Of a stretch of 64,000 bases of DNA, positions 14,244-28,147 are shown piece after piece. Where the stretch lies: the NCBI GenBank assembly GCA_964016885.1, contig OZ024741.1, forward strand, positions 197,470,001 to 197,534,000. The letters run 5' to 3'. Every line of letters begins with the position of its first letter. Positions within the stretch are counted from its first letter, which is position 1. The notes below the pieces were generated by a model. That model had not been told where the DNA came from. It saw only the letters and a list, made by a program, of their open reading frames with translations, and ran no database searches. The DNA comes from Eledone cirrhosa. Its lineage: Eukaryota. The translations under genes were made by a program, and so were the position numbers.

Positions 14244-14974
14244 ACTAGACCTGAAAAATGCGTAAGCTCAAAAGAGCCACAGAATGTTATAATAAACCTT
14301 CAAAAGTTTGGGACTAGAGTTGTTGCTCAAAAATATTGTAATCATTATCTATCGTACACTCGGTGGCATCCTTTTATAAAAAGAGACTCATAACTGTTTC
14401 TACTTTAGGCACAAGGCCAGCAATTACCCAGTGCGTTACTGGTACTTTATTTTATCGACCCCGTAAGGATGAAAGGCAAAGTCAACCTCGGCGGGATTTG
14501 AACTCAGATCGTAAAGGGACGTAACTATGCTGGAAAGCATGGCGTCCGACCCTCTACCGATACTGCCAATCCACCATAACGAACTCAAGACTACACGATA
14601 ATTATTCAAGTGAATTTATAATATAGAATTCGGTTTAAGTGAATTTCGTATTAATCATTACTAAACATCGAATATGAGATATTGAACATTAGCTTAAATC
14701 ATTATTTAAGCTAATGTTCAATATCTCATATTAGATGTTTAGTAATGATTAATACGAAATTCACTTAAACCGAATTCTATATTATAAATTCACTTAAATA
14801 ATTATCGTGTCGTCTTGAGTTCGTTATGAGTCTCTTTTGTATAAAAGGATGCCACAGAGTGTACGATAGATAATGATTACAATATTTTTGAGCAACAACT
14901 CTAGTCCCAAACTTTTGAAGGTTTATTATAACATTGTGTGGCTCTTTTGAGCTTGCGCATTTTTCAGGTCTAGT
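14244..14974. repeat. Large hairpin palindrome (about 270-bp arms, loop catt at 14700-14703)
   Basis: Arms are reverse complements with few mismatches; the left arm is interrupted by a SINE. Confidence 0.93.
14395..14575 (-). mobile_element. tRNA-derived SINE
   Basis: A-box-like head, B box gagttcaaatcc, central ctttgcctttcatcc domain; short duplication cataac. Confidence 0.9.
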
Positions 14975-15034
14975 TTGATATTTTTTTAAGGCAACGCTTG
15001 TAATAACTCTAGTTAAACATTATATATATTAATA

Positions 15035-15217
15035 TGGTGGATTGACAGTATCGGTAGAGAGCCGGACGCTATGCTTTCCAGCATAGTTACGTCCCTCTAC
15101 GGTCTGAGTTCAAATCCCGCCGAGGTTCACTTTGCCTTTCATCCTTACGGGGTCGATAAAATAAAGTACCAGTAATGTACTGGGTAATTGATGGCCTTGT
15201 GCCAAAAGTAGAAACAA
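15035..15217 (+). mobile_element. tRNA-derived SINE, full length (central domain resembles Meta/Sauria-type)
   Basis: tggtggattgacagtatcggtagag...gagttcaaatccc...gcctttcatcc...gtcgataaaataaagtacc; TSD ttatatatattaata. Confidence 0.9.
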
Positions 15218-15892
15218 TTATATATATTAATAATAAATTGTCGTTGCAATGTAATTAGATTATATAATTGTTATTTTATAAATGATCTTATAAATATTAT
15301 TGTAAGATGTATAAAAATATTTTCAGACTTTTAATATAAACATATTATATTAAATAAATATTAAATAAATATATTTTACATAATAATTGTTATAGTTGAA
15401 TTAATAAAAAATTAAATATTACATACAAATAGTCTAACATAATAATAAAAAAATAATCTAACATAAAACGAACAATAATATGGACAAATATACAAGTAAA
15501 TACGATACAACCAATATTATAAGCATGTTATAACGAACTGAAAAAAAATAGTTAATATAAATTAAAAAAATCATATATAAATTAACAATATAACTTACCA
15601 AAACGAGAAATATATTTTGATGATAAACGACGAAATACGGGAGGAAGATTCGAAAGCGAAACGATAAATAAACGTGCAAACAAAGTGGTGGATGTTTTGA
15701 GCAACAATTACTCTCATTGGTTGATTAGCCAATAAGACGATGAAATTAGCCAATAAGACGGTACATTACAAAACATGTTTGGGAGGGATCACCACGAAAA
15801 GCGAAACCCCTTGAATATTTTATTCACATGCTACGCATATATGTCAGAACACGCAGACTTAAGACATTCTGTTGTTAGTCACTGTGTGTCTA

Positions 15893-15943
<51 letters not shown>

Positions 15944-16144
15944 GATAAATCTACCAAAAGTTTACGGTAGTGTCCAATCCGTATGAAGAACTCAATGTAA
16001 TCCGGATATCATGAAAAGAGAAGATGCTTTCAAAAACTATAGAATATGCATACCAACTCTAACACATATATATCCTAGAAATGATCGTAAAATGATGAAT
16101 TTTTTAAATATAAGGAACTGTTTCTTTGTTTATTCATTATTTTA

Positions 16145-16184
<40 letters not shown>

Positions 16185-16196
16185 TATATATATATA

Positions 16197-16261
<65 letters not shown>

Positions 16262-16334
16262 TACATACATCTATATATACATACACACACACATACATAC
16301 ATACATACACACACACATACATACATACATGAAT

Positions 16335-16985
16335 ATATACATGAATATTGCAGCGTCTTCACAGATGATTGCCGTCTCTTATTGATTCTTCATTGTCATC
16401 CCATCCGCATCCATGACTTCGTAGACGACTTCTGCAGATCTGCATAGTTTATGACACAGGTGACAGAAAGGAGTTGTGCTTTCCACAGGATTGGTGGGGG
16501 TCATTTTGTGAGACACAATCTTTATGCACCACCGTATGTTTTGGGAGTCTGTAACTGTTTCTACACACTTTGTTGCATACTACGCACGTTGTTTCACCAG
16601 GTCTTCATTGAGTAGTGTTGCGGGTAGTTATTCTTTCATGTGACTTCAGGTGATTAACATAACCAGCCTTTGAGAGAAGCACACGTTGACAGAATTTGCA
16701 TGTCCAACTACTAATGACTTCATCAAGACTGTGAACATATCCCTTCCGGAGCTGACGCTTCAGTTCTAGACGACATTCTTCAAACGTTTTGCAACTGCCC
16801 TTTATGTACTTTCTCCACTCAGCCCTATTTAGAGCTATCTTCTCCCAGTTGTCTATATCAAATGCCAGCTCTTTGGGGTTGTTCTTGTTGCTGTGCTTGT
16901 ACCTCATTTTCGGTTTGTGTTGAGGCCTTTTTTCCAAGATGGAGCTCACCGTAAAACAGTTGCTTTGAGATCCTGATATCTCCAT
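16335..16985 (-). mobile_element. RTE-clade LINE 3' fragment
   Basis: [21 protein letters not shown] and C2H2 finger [21 protein letters not shown]; (TATG)n at the 3' end. Confidence 0.85.
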
Positions 16986-17609
16986 CCACCCATCCATCCA
17001 TCCATCCATCCATCCATCCACCCATCCATCCATCCATCCATCCATCCATCCATCCATCCATCCATCCATCCATACATACATACATACATAATTCAAAATT
17101 TGCAAAACATTCTTGCGATTCAAGGGATGACAATTTCTTTTCTTTTACAACCTTGCCACCAGGAAGGTGGCCGGTCAAAAAAATATACTCGAAATTAAGA
17201 GAAAGAGAAAACATACATACATACATACATACATACACGATGGTTGCAACTTAATTTTGAGTAATACCATCACTGGACACTTGAGTATAAGCATCACGGA
17301 CGTGGCTTTTTAGTCCTGCTAGGGATCTGTCTATGACCAGCAATACCATGCATCGCAAAGAATGTCACATATCAAGCGATGCCTGTGTTTGAATCTTTTT
17401 TAAGTGAGGAAAGGCTTTGCATGTGACCAATCCCACTCTCTGAACATCAAATGCATTTGTCCCAATAGAAGAACTGGTCTACATTATTGGATGTAAACGA
17501 AGTCGAAGGTTTTATATCAGAGTGACCTTCTCTTCGAAAGATGTCTTAATGAAGACAAGAAGTCGCTGGCTCCACAAAAAAAAAAAAAAAAACTTTATTG
17601 GATAATAAT

Positions 17610-17665
17610 TGTTTCTACTTTAGGCACAAGGCCAGCAATTATCCAGTGCATTACTGGTACTTTAT
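17610..17665 (-). mobile_element. 5'-truncated SINE stub
   Basis: SINE tail only, flanked by 16-bp TSD tttattggataataat. Confidence 0.8.
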
Positions 17666-17874
17666 TTTATTGGATAATAATAAGCACTGCAATTTTATTT
17701 CATATAGACATCCTTTCTAACAACTACTATAACCAATTCACAGCTTTAATGTATTACAACATATTTGTGAAAAACGCCCATAACTTGTTTACAAACGAAT
17801 CTAACATTATTATTAATGTTCGATATAACCCATACGTACATATAATATGCAAGAATGCGTGTGTATGTATGTGT

Positions 17875-20800
17875 GTATGTTCTGGTTTTATAATTTCACA
17901 AATGTTTGCCAGAAAGAGAGTCGGTTTCTAACATAGGCACAATAATCTCTCATTGGAATTTACACAACATCAACTAGGCAGATATGTCTGCATGTCTGCA
18001 TCCATGCATGTGTAGGTATGGATGTTATTGTATGTGTGGATGTGTATGTTTTGAGTTGTATGTGTGCATGCTTAGTATCTGTACATGTGTATATGCAGTT
18101 ATTAGATGCAAAATGTTTGGAATGTTTTACATATTTTTACTGTTCCATTAATGGATTGTACTTGTAGTTTCCTAACTAGTTCTGTTCTTTCTGTTCCTGT
18201 GAAGCCTAGCTTCTCAAGATTTGTATTGAGGCAGTTACTAACATATCCCAGTGCCCCAATAATCACAGGCATAAATCTGAAGGTATAATGAGAGTGGAGT
18301 ATCTGCAGATTTCTCATCAGTTCTGCATAAATATTCTCCTTTTCGCTAATCTTTGATATTATATTGGCATCTGCTGGACAGCTAACTTCCACTACTGTGC
18401 ATGCCTTCTTTTCCCTGTCCCATATCATAATATCTGGTTATGTTATGCCTGCATTTTATTGGGTTTTTTACTGGAACATTCCAGCAGTACTCTTTCATAT
18501 GTATATGTATGTCTTCCACATTGCTGTAGCTTTTAATGTGTTTATTATCGGGGCTATCTTTTCTACGGATTGCATTGTACAGTGTTTTGGCCACTACATC
18601 ATGCGTCATAGGTAGATATTACAGCGATGACATCTTTAGACAGCTGCTTATGACATGGGTGACATCTTCGATGTTAATTCTGCAGAGTCTGCACTTGTTA
18701 TCACATCTAGGTGTTTTGCCTGCATCCCTATCTCTTTTGTGAATCAGGTATTTCGTGTTGATTTCCTGTTCTTGGATTTCAAAAGCGTATCCTTCAAAGT
18801 GGGAGCCAATATAGCGGTTGTTGGTCCAAGATAGACTACTTTCCTTATCTATATTACTTTCACTCTGGAGCTTCCTGGCAACAAATCCATGCATGATTTT
18901 TTGCTGATAAGCATGCAGTTTGTCATCCATGGATTCACTGCGATACTGCTGAGCGACTTCCCTGGGTGTGAGTTTTTGATTATCACACAGAGAATACCTC
19001 TCAAGGAGTTCCTTCCCAACTCTCATGATCTTATCTGTTTCATGCAGATAGACTTGCTCGAGAGACGGGCTCCTACGCTTTAAGGTTCGTAGATGTTGTT
19101 GGAGCCTCTGCTGTCTGTTAGGCCTCTGCTTCCCTGCTTACGTTTCAAGTAAAGGCGGTCTATGTCACTGTTGATGTGGAAGTTTCCGGTTTTGTTTAGT
19201 ATTTATCGAGTTCTAACATCAATCGCTCGGATTTCGTCTATCGTCCAATTGAGTATTCCAAACGCTGGTGTTAGGACAGGCACAGCAAACACATTGTGAG
19301 CCACTGTTTTGTTTTGCGCTTAGAGTTCCGATGACCATATTTTTCTTAATCGGGTTGTAGTATTCCCTGGTTACGCGTTCCTTATTACAGATACCATTAT
19401 AGGATATGTTCTCACCTATCCCCAGGTATCTGTAGCAGTCCTCATCAGATATTGGTGAAACGGTTAGGCCATTGATACAAATGTTGCTAGATTGGGTTGT
19501 TGTTTTTCCCCGCTTTACAGTCATATATGAGCATTTATATTGGCCAAACTCCATTTCTATATCCTTTGAGAACGTTTTAACCAGGTCAAGATTTTTCTTC
19601 ATCCCATCCATGTTCTTGGCATAGAGTTTCAGATCATCCACAAAGAAATTATGGGTTACGTTCGTATTCAGTCCTCCTGTATCCTCCTGTATCCTTCACA
19701 GGACAAGGGGTTTAATGACAGGATGAATAATATCACAGAGAGACTGTCTCCCTGAAATATACCCCTGCGATATTTTATTTTATCAGTGAAAATAGAGTCC
19801 TCCTTCTCTGTCTTTAACTTTAGGATAGTAACCCAAGAAGAAAACAGCTTCTCTATGGCTCTGATAATAATGTCTGGGACTTTAGCAAGTCGGAGGGCCT
19901 CTATCATCCAAGAGTGGGGAACAGGATCGAAAGCTTTCCTGTAGTCCAGCCATGACCTCCGACATCGCAGTTTTGTTGATTAGGAGTTGTTCAGCACATC
20001 CCCAAACCCCTGGGCGCCTTTGTTCTTGGGGACGAGTAATGTTTGTGCTAATGTCAACCATTCTGGTATAAATGTATCTCCCTTAAGAACTTGTTGGTAG
20101 AGGTCAGTAAGATACCTCCGATAGAATATCAGTTTTTGTACTCGTAGCCAACAATCATGTCTCTTTCTGGTGTTTTGAGGGTACCCTCACTTATTTCGTA
20201 TGTTTTTGTTGTAGTGTAGGAGCAATAGTTCTTTTGGATTTCTTTTAGCCACACTGCATCTTAGTTGAAATTCTCCTTTTCACCCCATATTTTGCTCCAA
20301 AAGGAATCTATGTCTTTCTGGGATGGGGCCTCAGTGACACTTATTATTTTGCCCTTCATATCTCTATAGACTGATGTTTGGTTTCGTCTGAATCTTTTAT
20401 TAAGCACTTTTCTTTCATCTATCTTCTTCAGGTATCGGCGTTTTTCGCTAACAGCTCTCAATTCTTGTTTGAGGGTGATCAGCTTATGTTGAAGTGTTTT
20501 GGTTCTACTGTTACCAAACATCGTCTCAATTTTATTTGTCACTCTTTGTTGGTGAGGAGTGAGATTTTTTGTGTGTTTTTTTTTTGCATGTAAGGAGCAT
20601 TGTCACATATCCTATGGTTTTTCGTAGGTCAGCAATCTTTTTTTCTATTTTAGTTATATATGATGGTATTTTTGGTGGTGTTTTGTTCTTGTTAATATCT
20701 CTGCTATCACCAAGATAATGCTTCACTGTTGTTGCTAGGGCATATAAACAGGCGTTGATTTGCCAAAATGTTGGGGTTTTTAAATATTCATCCCCTATTT

Positions 20801-21420
20801 CGCCAATAACACGTAATATTTCATTATTTGGTTTTTTATTAAATATTGTTGTTTTAAAGCGTTCAGCAAGAGAAATATTTATACATGAATTAATTTCTCT
20901 CTGGAAGACTTCATTGAGGGAAATTTTCAATTGTTTATACTTTTGATTATCATTATCGATAGTATTTTCCACAACAGTCGAGGTAGACTCGGATGGTACA
21001 CGTGATGTCAAATTTCTTCGATTGTTATTATTATTTCTTCGATTATTATTATTATCGATAGTGTTTTCCCAAGCATTCGAGGTAGACTTAGATGGTACAC
21101 GTGGTGTGAAATTTCTTACAGGCATAGTTGTTTCAAGGCACTGTTCGACCTGGCTGCTAGGAAGTCTAGTAGCATGGTGACCTGTAGCACGTGTTGTTGA
21201 TTCCAGGTTTGTTGTGGGGGACTTACAATTAATAATATTTATCTTATTTTTACGTTAAAAAAACTTCGCCTGCTGGCGTAATTGTTTCGCTGTGAAGTGA
21301 TTTAGCTCTGGATGTATTTCTCTATAGTTGCATTACGTAACTATATTTATTCCCTTACAGAAACTAATTAGTTGGAGTGAAAATTTTAGTAAGTAAGTTA
21401 ATTTTAAAATTTTCTTCTTT
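17875..21420 (-). mobile_element. R4/Dong-like non-LTR retrotransposon (RT plus REL endonuclease), near full length, frameshifted
   Basis: LDYRKAFDPVPH, RGIFQGDSLS, VDDLKLY, YRYLG, CRLC..HVISSC zinc knuckle, VVEVSCP..K..Y and GALG. Confidence 0.92.
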
Positions 21421-21426
21421 TACGTC

Positions 21427-21474
<48 letters not shown>

Positions 21475-21479
21475 GTATG

Positions 21480-21510
<31 letters not shown>

Positions 21511-21892
21511 ACGTGTGCATACTTATATGTATGTATCAGCTGTGCTAGGGCGCGAAATAAAATTCTAATTTTATTTTTAATATTCGGTAGCCGTAACTCG
21601 CTCGGTATGCAAGGGAGGGTACTCTGCCGATGTGTACGCAAGAAAATACTATATATTTTCAACCGTTCAACAATCTGGTAGAGGTATACAGTCCTGGTGA
21701 AGGGTAATGACCCAGAAACATGTAGGTTGTTCCTCTAAGCCAGTGTTGAACAAAAACAGGTAATGGTAGGTCACCGGCACGGCTCAGCTTCAAGTCGGGC
21801 CGCTTGCTTAAAACGAATCGAATATTATTATTAATATTCGATATAACCCATACGTACAAATGTATATGTATGTATGTATGTGTGTGTGTATG

Positions 21893-21974
<82 letters not shown>

Positions 21975-21977
<3 letters not shown>

Positions 21978-22298
21978 CGTTTCTGAATTTGTTTAGCGAG
22001 ATTCTTTATCTGAAAACGTGTGTTGAAACCGATATTGTTATACTTTGGGAGGGTCATGTTGCCAATAAGAAACACACGCACGAGTTCCTTTCACTTCAAT
22101 TTATTATAATAAATTTATAAATTTATAAATTTCCGGTTGGTTGGTTGGTTCCACAACCAGATGGTTGTTTATATATTGTCAAAGTTCTTTCATCACACAT
22201 TATGTGACCTCTTCAGTGACTGGGGTTCTTTTCTTTGTTTTTTGTGCTTCTCCTTTGTTCTGTCCTACGCCATCTTGTTTTTGTGTGTGTGTTGTGTC

Positions 22299-22300
<2 letters not shown>
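21975..22300 (-). mobile_element. Family A element, single arm, with HHR at about 22178-22220
   Basis: Same terminus tatatttcgtttctgaa; minus strand reads gtca-CTGAAGA-ggtcacataatgtgtgat-GAAAGAACTT-tgac. Confidence 0.8.
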
Positions 22301-22334
<34 letters not shown>

Positions 22335-22443
22335 CAGTTTTGCAAGAGATGTCAACATCAATGGACCTGTTATATTTATCTAAAGACATTCTTTTCCAAT
22401 TCCAACCCACCCGTCCCCTCAAAATATCTTATTTCTCATTCTT

Positions 22444-22479
22444 TCTTCTGATGAAGGACTAGCGTCCGAAACGTTAAGA
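22444..22479 (+). ncRNA. Minimal hammerhead ribozyme in a solo pLTR-like fragment (22335-22536)
   Basis: tctt-CTGATGA-A-GGAC tagc GTCC-GAA-ACGT-T-aaga; intact core; flanked by (TA)n. Confidence 0.8.
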
Positions 22480-22534
22480 CCCTCTTCCTGCTATATCAAG
22501 CGTTAACCTAATATATCCCTTCCATACTGTACCG

Positions 22535-22584
<50 letters not shown>

Positions 22585-22616
22585 GTGTGTGTGCGCGTGT
22601 GTAGGTGTGAATACAT

Positions 22617-22676
<60 letters not shown>

Positions 22677-22708
22677 GTGTGTGTGCGCGTGTGTAGGTGT
22701 GAATACAT

Positions 22709-22758
<50 letters not shown>

Positions 22759-23254
22759 ACATTCGGCGATGGTTTGCCGTTACAATACCACCGAATTGGC
22801 AAGCCGTCCCTGAACCAAATCTAACCTCTATTTTCTATTTTTACAAATTTCCTGTTTACTTGGACAATCCGGAATTTCATTTTTACGGTAATCCTTACTA
22901 ATAAGATCTGTGCTCATAGGTTTCTTCCGTATTAATCTCTAACTTGAAACACTGCGCTGGGTATTGTTGATTTATAAAAAAAAATGTTCCAATACTCTGT
23001 GACGGTTTCTTAAACAGTTTTCAAGCTATTTTCCATAGTATGGCTGGTCGACATAGTTTCATTTTTTACACCGCCCCACACATATATGTATGTAAATATA
23101 TATATAAATGTGTGTGAGTGTGTATGTACATGTGTATGTATATATATATATGTGCATGTATGTATATGCGTATGTATGTTTGTATGTATGTATGTATGTA
23201 TGTATGTATGTATGTATGTATGTATGTATGTATGTATGTATGTATGTATGTATG

Positions 23255-23860
23255 TCAGGTCACCAGTTGGTGCTACTGGTAACATGTATCCCAGTACAAC
23301 CTGTCTCATGGTCGGGTCGTTGGCGACTAAACTGGCAACCCTACCAAGGTTTCTTGGTGAGGAGGGTGACTTTGGACATCCTGCAGGACTAAAAACAAAA
23401 CCTGTCAAAGGGCAAAGGAGCTCTTAAGAATCAATGGCCATCCAAAATCACCGGGAGAGATGACCCCTTAGCCTTTGTCAAGCAGAATTCTAGGAGAATG
23501 AAAACTCTGATATAACACCTGCAACCCTGATGGTATCCAATGATGACTTGTTCTTCTTTTTGGTAAATATCATCTTGGTTAAGAGAGTGGGACTGGCTTT
23601 GTGCAGTGCCTTTGCTCACTATAAAAGCTTCACAGCACAGGCATTGCTTTATATCTGGAGATCTCTCTGCACTTGCCGTTACATGGTACCATGTGCCCAG
23701 CACTATGTGTCAATAATTGTTACAGGTGTAGTGTTTGTACCAGAGTTTTCAAGTCGCTGGCTGGACTAAAAAGTCACACTTGTTTAGTGCATCGGTAGGG
23801 GTTCTCCTACATGGATATAAAGTAGTGGCCGTACTCGAAAACGAGTTGGCAGCCACCATG
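23255..23860 (+). mobile_element. RTE-related non-autonomous element between (TATG)n tracts
   Basis: 5' part is the reverse complement of 63476-63655; 3' end (gtactcgaaaacgag...gcagccaccatg) matches the termini at 63046, 63678 and 63800. Confidence 0.6.
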
Positions 23861-24310
23861 TATATATGCATGTATGTATGCATATGTGTGTGAGCGCGCG
23901 TGTGTGTTTAAGTAAACAGATATATATGCATCTGGACTTTTGTATTTTATTTTCAATATTGTGATTTTTAAAACTTGATTTGTTTATATTGGGAGTTTTA
24001 ATGTTTTCAATGTCATTGAGAGGCTGTCTTAATTTCTTAATTTCTGTACGCAACGATTCAATGGTTGGTCTGGTACACCACTGTCATTAATAAAACCGTT
24101 CAGGATGTGTGATTGGAAGTATCGCTAATATGTTGAACATAATATTTTGCGGTATTTCTAAATTCAAATTCCACCGAGGTCAACTTTCCTTTCATCCTTC
24201 TGGAGTCGATTAAAGTTAATACGATCGACTTTCCTCTTCCCCCAAATTGATGGAATGTGCTAATGTTAAAAAGAATTGATTAACCCCTTCGGAGACATCA
24301 ATATTACGGA

Positions 24311-27300
24311 TGCTGCGATCTATTTATCGTGTGCTGCGATCTATTTATCGTGTGCTGCGATAGATGTATCGTGTGCTGCGATAGATGTATCGTGTGCTGC
24401 GATAGATGTATCGTGTGCTGCGATAGATGTATCGTGTGCTGCGATCTATTTATCGTGTGCTGCGATAGATGTATCGTGTGCTGCGATCTATTTATCGTGT
24501 GCTGCGATAGATGTATCGTGTGCTGCGATCTATTTATCGTGTGCTGCGATAGATGTATCGTGTGCTGCGATCTATTTATCGTGTGCTGCGATAGATGTAT
24601 CGTGTGCTGCGATCTATTTATCGTGTGCTGCGATAGATGTATCGTGTGCTGCGATCTATTTATCGTGTGCTGCGATAGATGTATCGTGTGCTGCGATCTA
24701 TTTATCGTGTGCTGCGATAGATGTATCGTGTGCTGCGATCTATTTATCGTGTGCTGCGATAGATGTATCGTGTGCTGCGATCTATTTATCGTGTGCTGCG
24801 ATAGATGTATCGTGTGCTGCGATCTATTTATCGTGTGCTGCGATAGATGTATCGTGTGCTGCGATCTATTTATCGTGTGCTGCGATAGATGTATCGTGTG
24901 CTGCGATCTATTTATCGTGTGCTGCGATAGATGTATCGCGTGCTGCGATCTATTTATCGTGTGCTGCGATAGATGTATCGTGTGCTGCGATCTATTTATC
25001 GTGTGCTGCGATAGATGTATCGTGTGCTGCGATAGATGTATCGTGTGCTGCGATCTATTTATCGTGTGCTGCGATAGATGTATCGTGTGCTGCGATCTAT
25101 TTATCGTGTGCTGCGATAGATGTATCGTGTGCTGCGATCTATTTATCGTGTGCTGCGATAGATGTATCGTGTGCTGCGATCTATTTATCGTGTGCTGCGA
25201 TAGATGTATCGCGTGCTGCGATCTATTTATCGTGTGCTGCGATAGATGTATCGTGTGCTGCGATCTATTTATCGTGTGCTGCGATAGATGTATCGTGTGC
25301 TGCGATAGATGTATCGTGTGCTGCGATCTATTTATCGTGTGCTGCGATAGATGTATCGTGTGCTGCGATCTATTTATCGTGTGCTGCGATAGATGTATCG
25401 TGTGCTGCGATAGATGTATCGTGTGCTGCGATCTATTTATCGTGTGCTGCGATAGATGTATCGTGTGCTGCGATAGATGTATCGTGTGCTGCGATCTATT
25501 TATCGTGCGCTGCGATAGATGTATCGTGTGCTGCGATAGATGTATCGTGTGCTGCGATAGATGTATCGTGTGCTGCGATAGATGTATCGTGTGCTGCGAT
25601 AGATGTATCGTGCGCTGCGATAGATGTATCGTGTGCTGCGATAGATGTATCGTGTGCTGCGATAGATGTATCGTGTGCTGCGATCTATTTATCCTGTGCT
25701 GCGATAGATGTATCGTGTGCTGCGATCTATTTATCGTGTGCTGCGATAGATGTATCGTGTGCTGCGATCTATTTATCGTGCGCTGCGATAGATGTATCGT
25801 GTGCTGCGATAGATGTATCGTGTGCTGCGATAGATGTATCGTGTGCTGCGATAGATGTATCGTGTGCTGCGATAGATGTATCGTGTGCTGCGAAAGATGT
25901 ATCGTGTGCTGCGATAGATGTATCGTGTGCTGCGATAGATGTATCGTGTGCTGCGATAGATGTATCGTGTGCTGCGATAGATGTATCGTGTGCTGCGATC
26001 TATTTATCGTGTGCTGCGATAGATGTATCGTGTGCTGCGATCTATTTATCGTGCGCTGCGATAGATGTATCCTGTGCTGCGATAGATGTATCGTGTGCTG
26101 CGATAGATGTATCGTGTGCTGCGATAGATGTATCGTGTGCTGCGATCTATTTATCGTGTGCTGCGATAGATGTATCGTGTGCTGCGATCTATTTATCGTG
26201 CGCTGCGATAGATGTATCGTGTGCTGCGATAGATGTATCGTGTGCTGCGATAGATGTATCGTGTGCTGCGATAGATGTATCGTGTGCTGCGATAGATGTA
26301 TCGTGTGCTGCGATAGATGTATCGTGTGCTGCGATAGATGTATCGTGTGCTGCGATAGATGTATCGTGTGCTGCGATAGATGTATCGTGTGCTGCGATAG
26401 ATGTATCGTGTGCTGCGATCTATTTATCGTGTGCTGCGATAGATGTATCGTGTGCTGCGATCTATTTATCGTGTGCTGCGATAGATGTATCGTGTGCTGC
26501 GATCTATTTATCGTGCGCTGCGATAGATGTATCGTGTGCTGCGATAGATGTATCGTGTGCTGCGATAGATGTATCGTGTGCTGCGATAGATGTATCGTGT
26601 GCTGCGATAGATGTATCGTGTGCTGCGATAGATGTATCGTGTGCTGCGATAGATGTATCGTGTGCTGCGATAGATGTATCGTGTGCTGCGATAGATGTAT
26701 CGTGTGCTGCGATAGATGTATCGTGTGCTGCGATAGATGTATCGTGTGCTGCGATAGATGTATCGTGTGCTGCGATAGATGTATCGTGTGCTGCGATAGA
26801 TGTATCGTGTGCTGCGATCTATTTATCTGTGCTGCGATAGATGTATCGTGTGCTGCGATAGATGTATCGTGTGCTGCGATAGATGTATCGTGTGCTGCGA
26901 TCTATTTATCCTGTGCTGCGATAGATGTATCGTGTGCTGCGATAGATGTATCGTGTGCTGCGATAGATGTATCGTGTGCTGCGATCTATTTATCCTGTGC
27001 TGCGATAGATGTATCGTGTGCTGCGATAGATGTATCGTGTGCTGCGATAGATGTATCGTGTGCTGCGATCTATTTATCCTGTGCTGCGATAGATGTATCG
27101 TGTGCTGCGATAGATGTATCGTGTGCTGCGATAGATGTATCGTGTGCTGCGATAGATGTATCGTGTGCTGCGATCTATTTATCGTGTGCTGCGATAGATG
27201 TATCGTGTGCTGCGATAGATGTATCGTGTGCTGCGATAGATGTATCGTGTGCTGCGATCTATTTATCGTGTGCTGCGATAGATGTATCGTGTGCTGCGAT

Positions 27301-27904
27301 AGATGTATCGTGTGCTGCGATAGATGTATCGTGTGCTGCGATCTATTTATCGTGTGCTGCGATAGATGTATCGTGTGCTGCGATAGATGTATCGTGTGCT
27401 GCGATAGATGTATCGTGTGCTGCGATAGATGTATCGTGTGCTGCGATAGATGTATCGTGTGCTGCGATAGATGTATCGTGTGCTGCGATAGATGTATCGT
27501 GTGCTGCGATCTATTTATCGTGTGCTGCGATAGATGTATCGTGTGCTGCGATCTATTTATCGTGTGCTGCGATAGATGTATCGTGTGCTGCGATCTATTT
27601 ATCGTGTGCTGCGATCTATTTATCGTGTGCTGCGATAGATGTATCGTGTGCTGCGATAGATGTATCGTGTGCTGCGATAGATGTATCGTGTGCTGCGATC
27701 TATTTATCGTGTGCTGCGATAGATGTATCGTGTGCTGCGATCTATTTATCGTGTGCTGCGATAGATGTATCGTGTGCTGCGATAGATGTATCGTGTGCTG
27801 CGATCTATTTATCGTGTGCTGCGATAGATGTATCGTGTGCTGCGATAGATGTATCGTGTGCTGCGATCTATTTATCGTGTGCTGCGATAGATGTATCGTG
27901 TGCT
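24311..27904. repeat. 21-bp tandem satellite, about 171 units, two major variants
   Basis: Units gtgtgctgcgatAGATGtatc and gtgtgctgcgatCTATTtatc; one 1-bp deletion near 26828. Confidence 0.98.
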
Positions 27905-28147
27905 CTCAATAAACTTTGAGTATGCCAAAAGGTATGAATTTTGATGGCAATGGAAACAATTGGTGCTGCCAAAAAATTGGCAAGGATTTTCTTGAATGCC
28001 ATTGGCAAAAACAAAGTTGAAGTGACAGGCAGTGTCACTTCAACTTTATTTTTGCCAATGGCATTCAAAAGCAAAGTTGAAGTGGACCCTGTGTTATGTC
28101 TTTAGTATCGAATTCGTCTGCAAATCGTTGGTGGCCGAAATATCGAT

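Noticed and set aside
15035-15130. tRNA gene
   Set aside because: The A and B boxes belong to a multicopy SINE head with TSDs; no cloverleaf.
15716-15760. Clustered CCAAT boxes as a promoter
   Set aside because: Explained by a short tandem duplication; no linked gene.
24276-27919. 854-, 1196- and 370-aa ORFs as real genes, or the array as CRISPR
   Set aside because: The ORFs arise from a stop-free 21-bp unit, with no unique domains and several frames open at once. There are no unique spacers and no cas genes.
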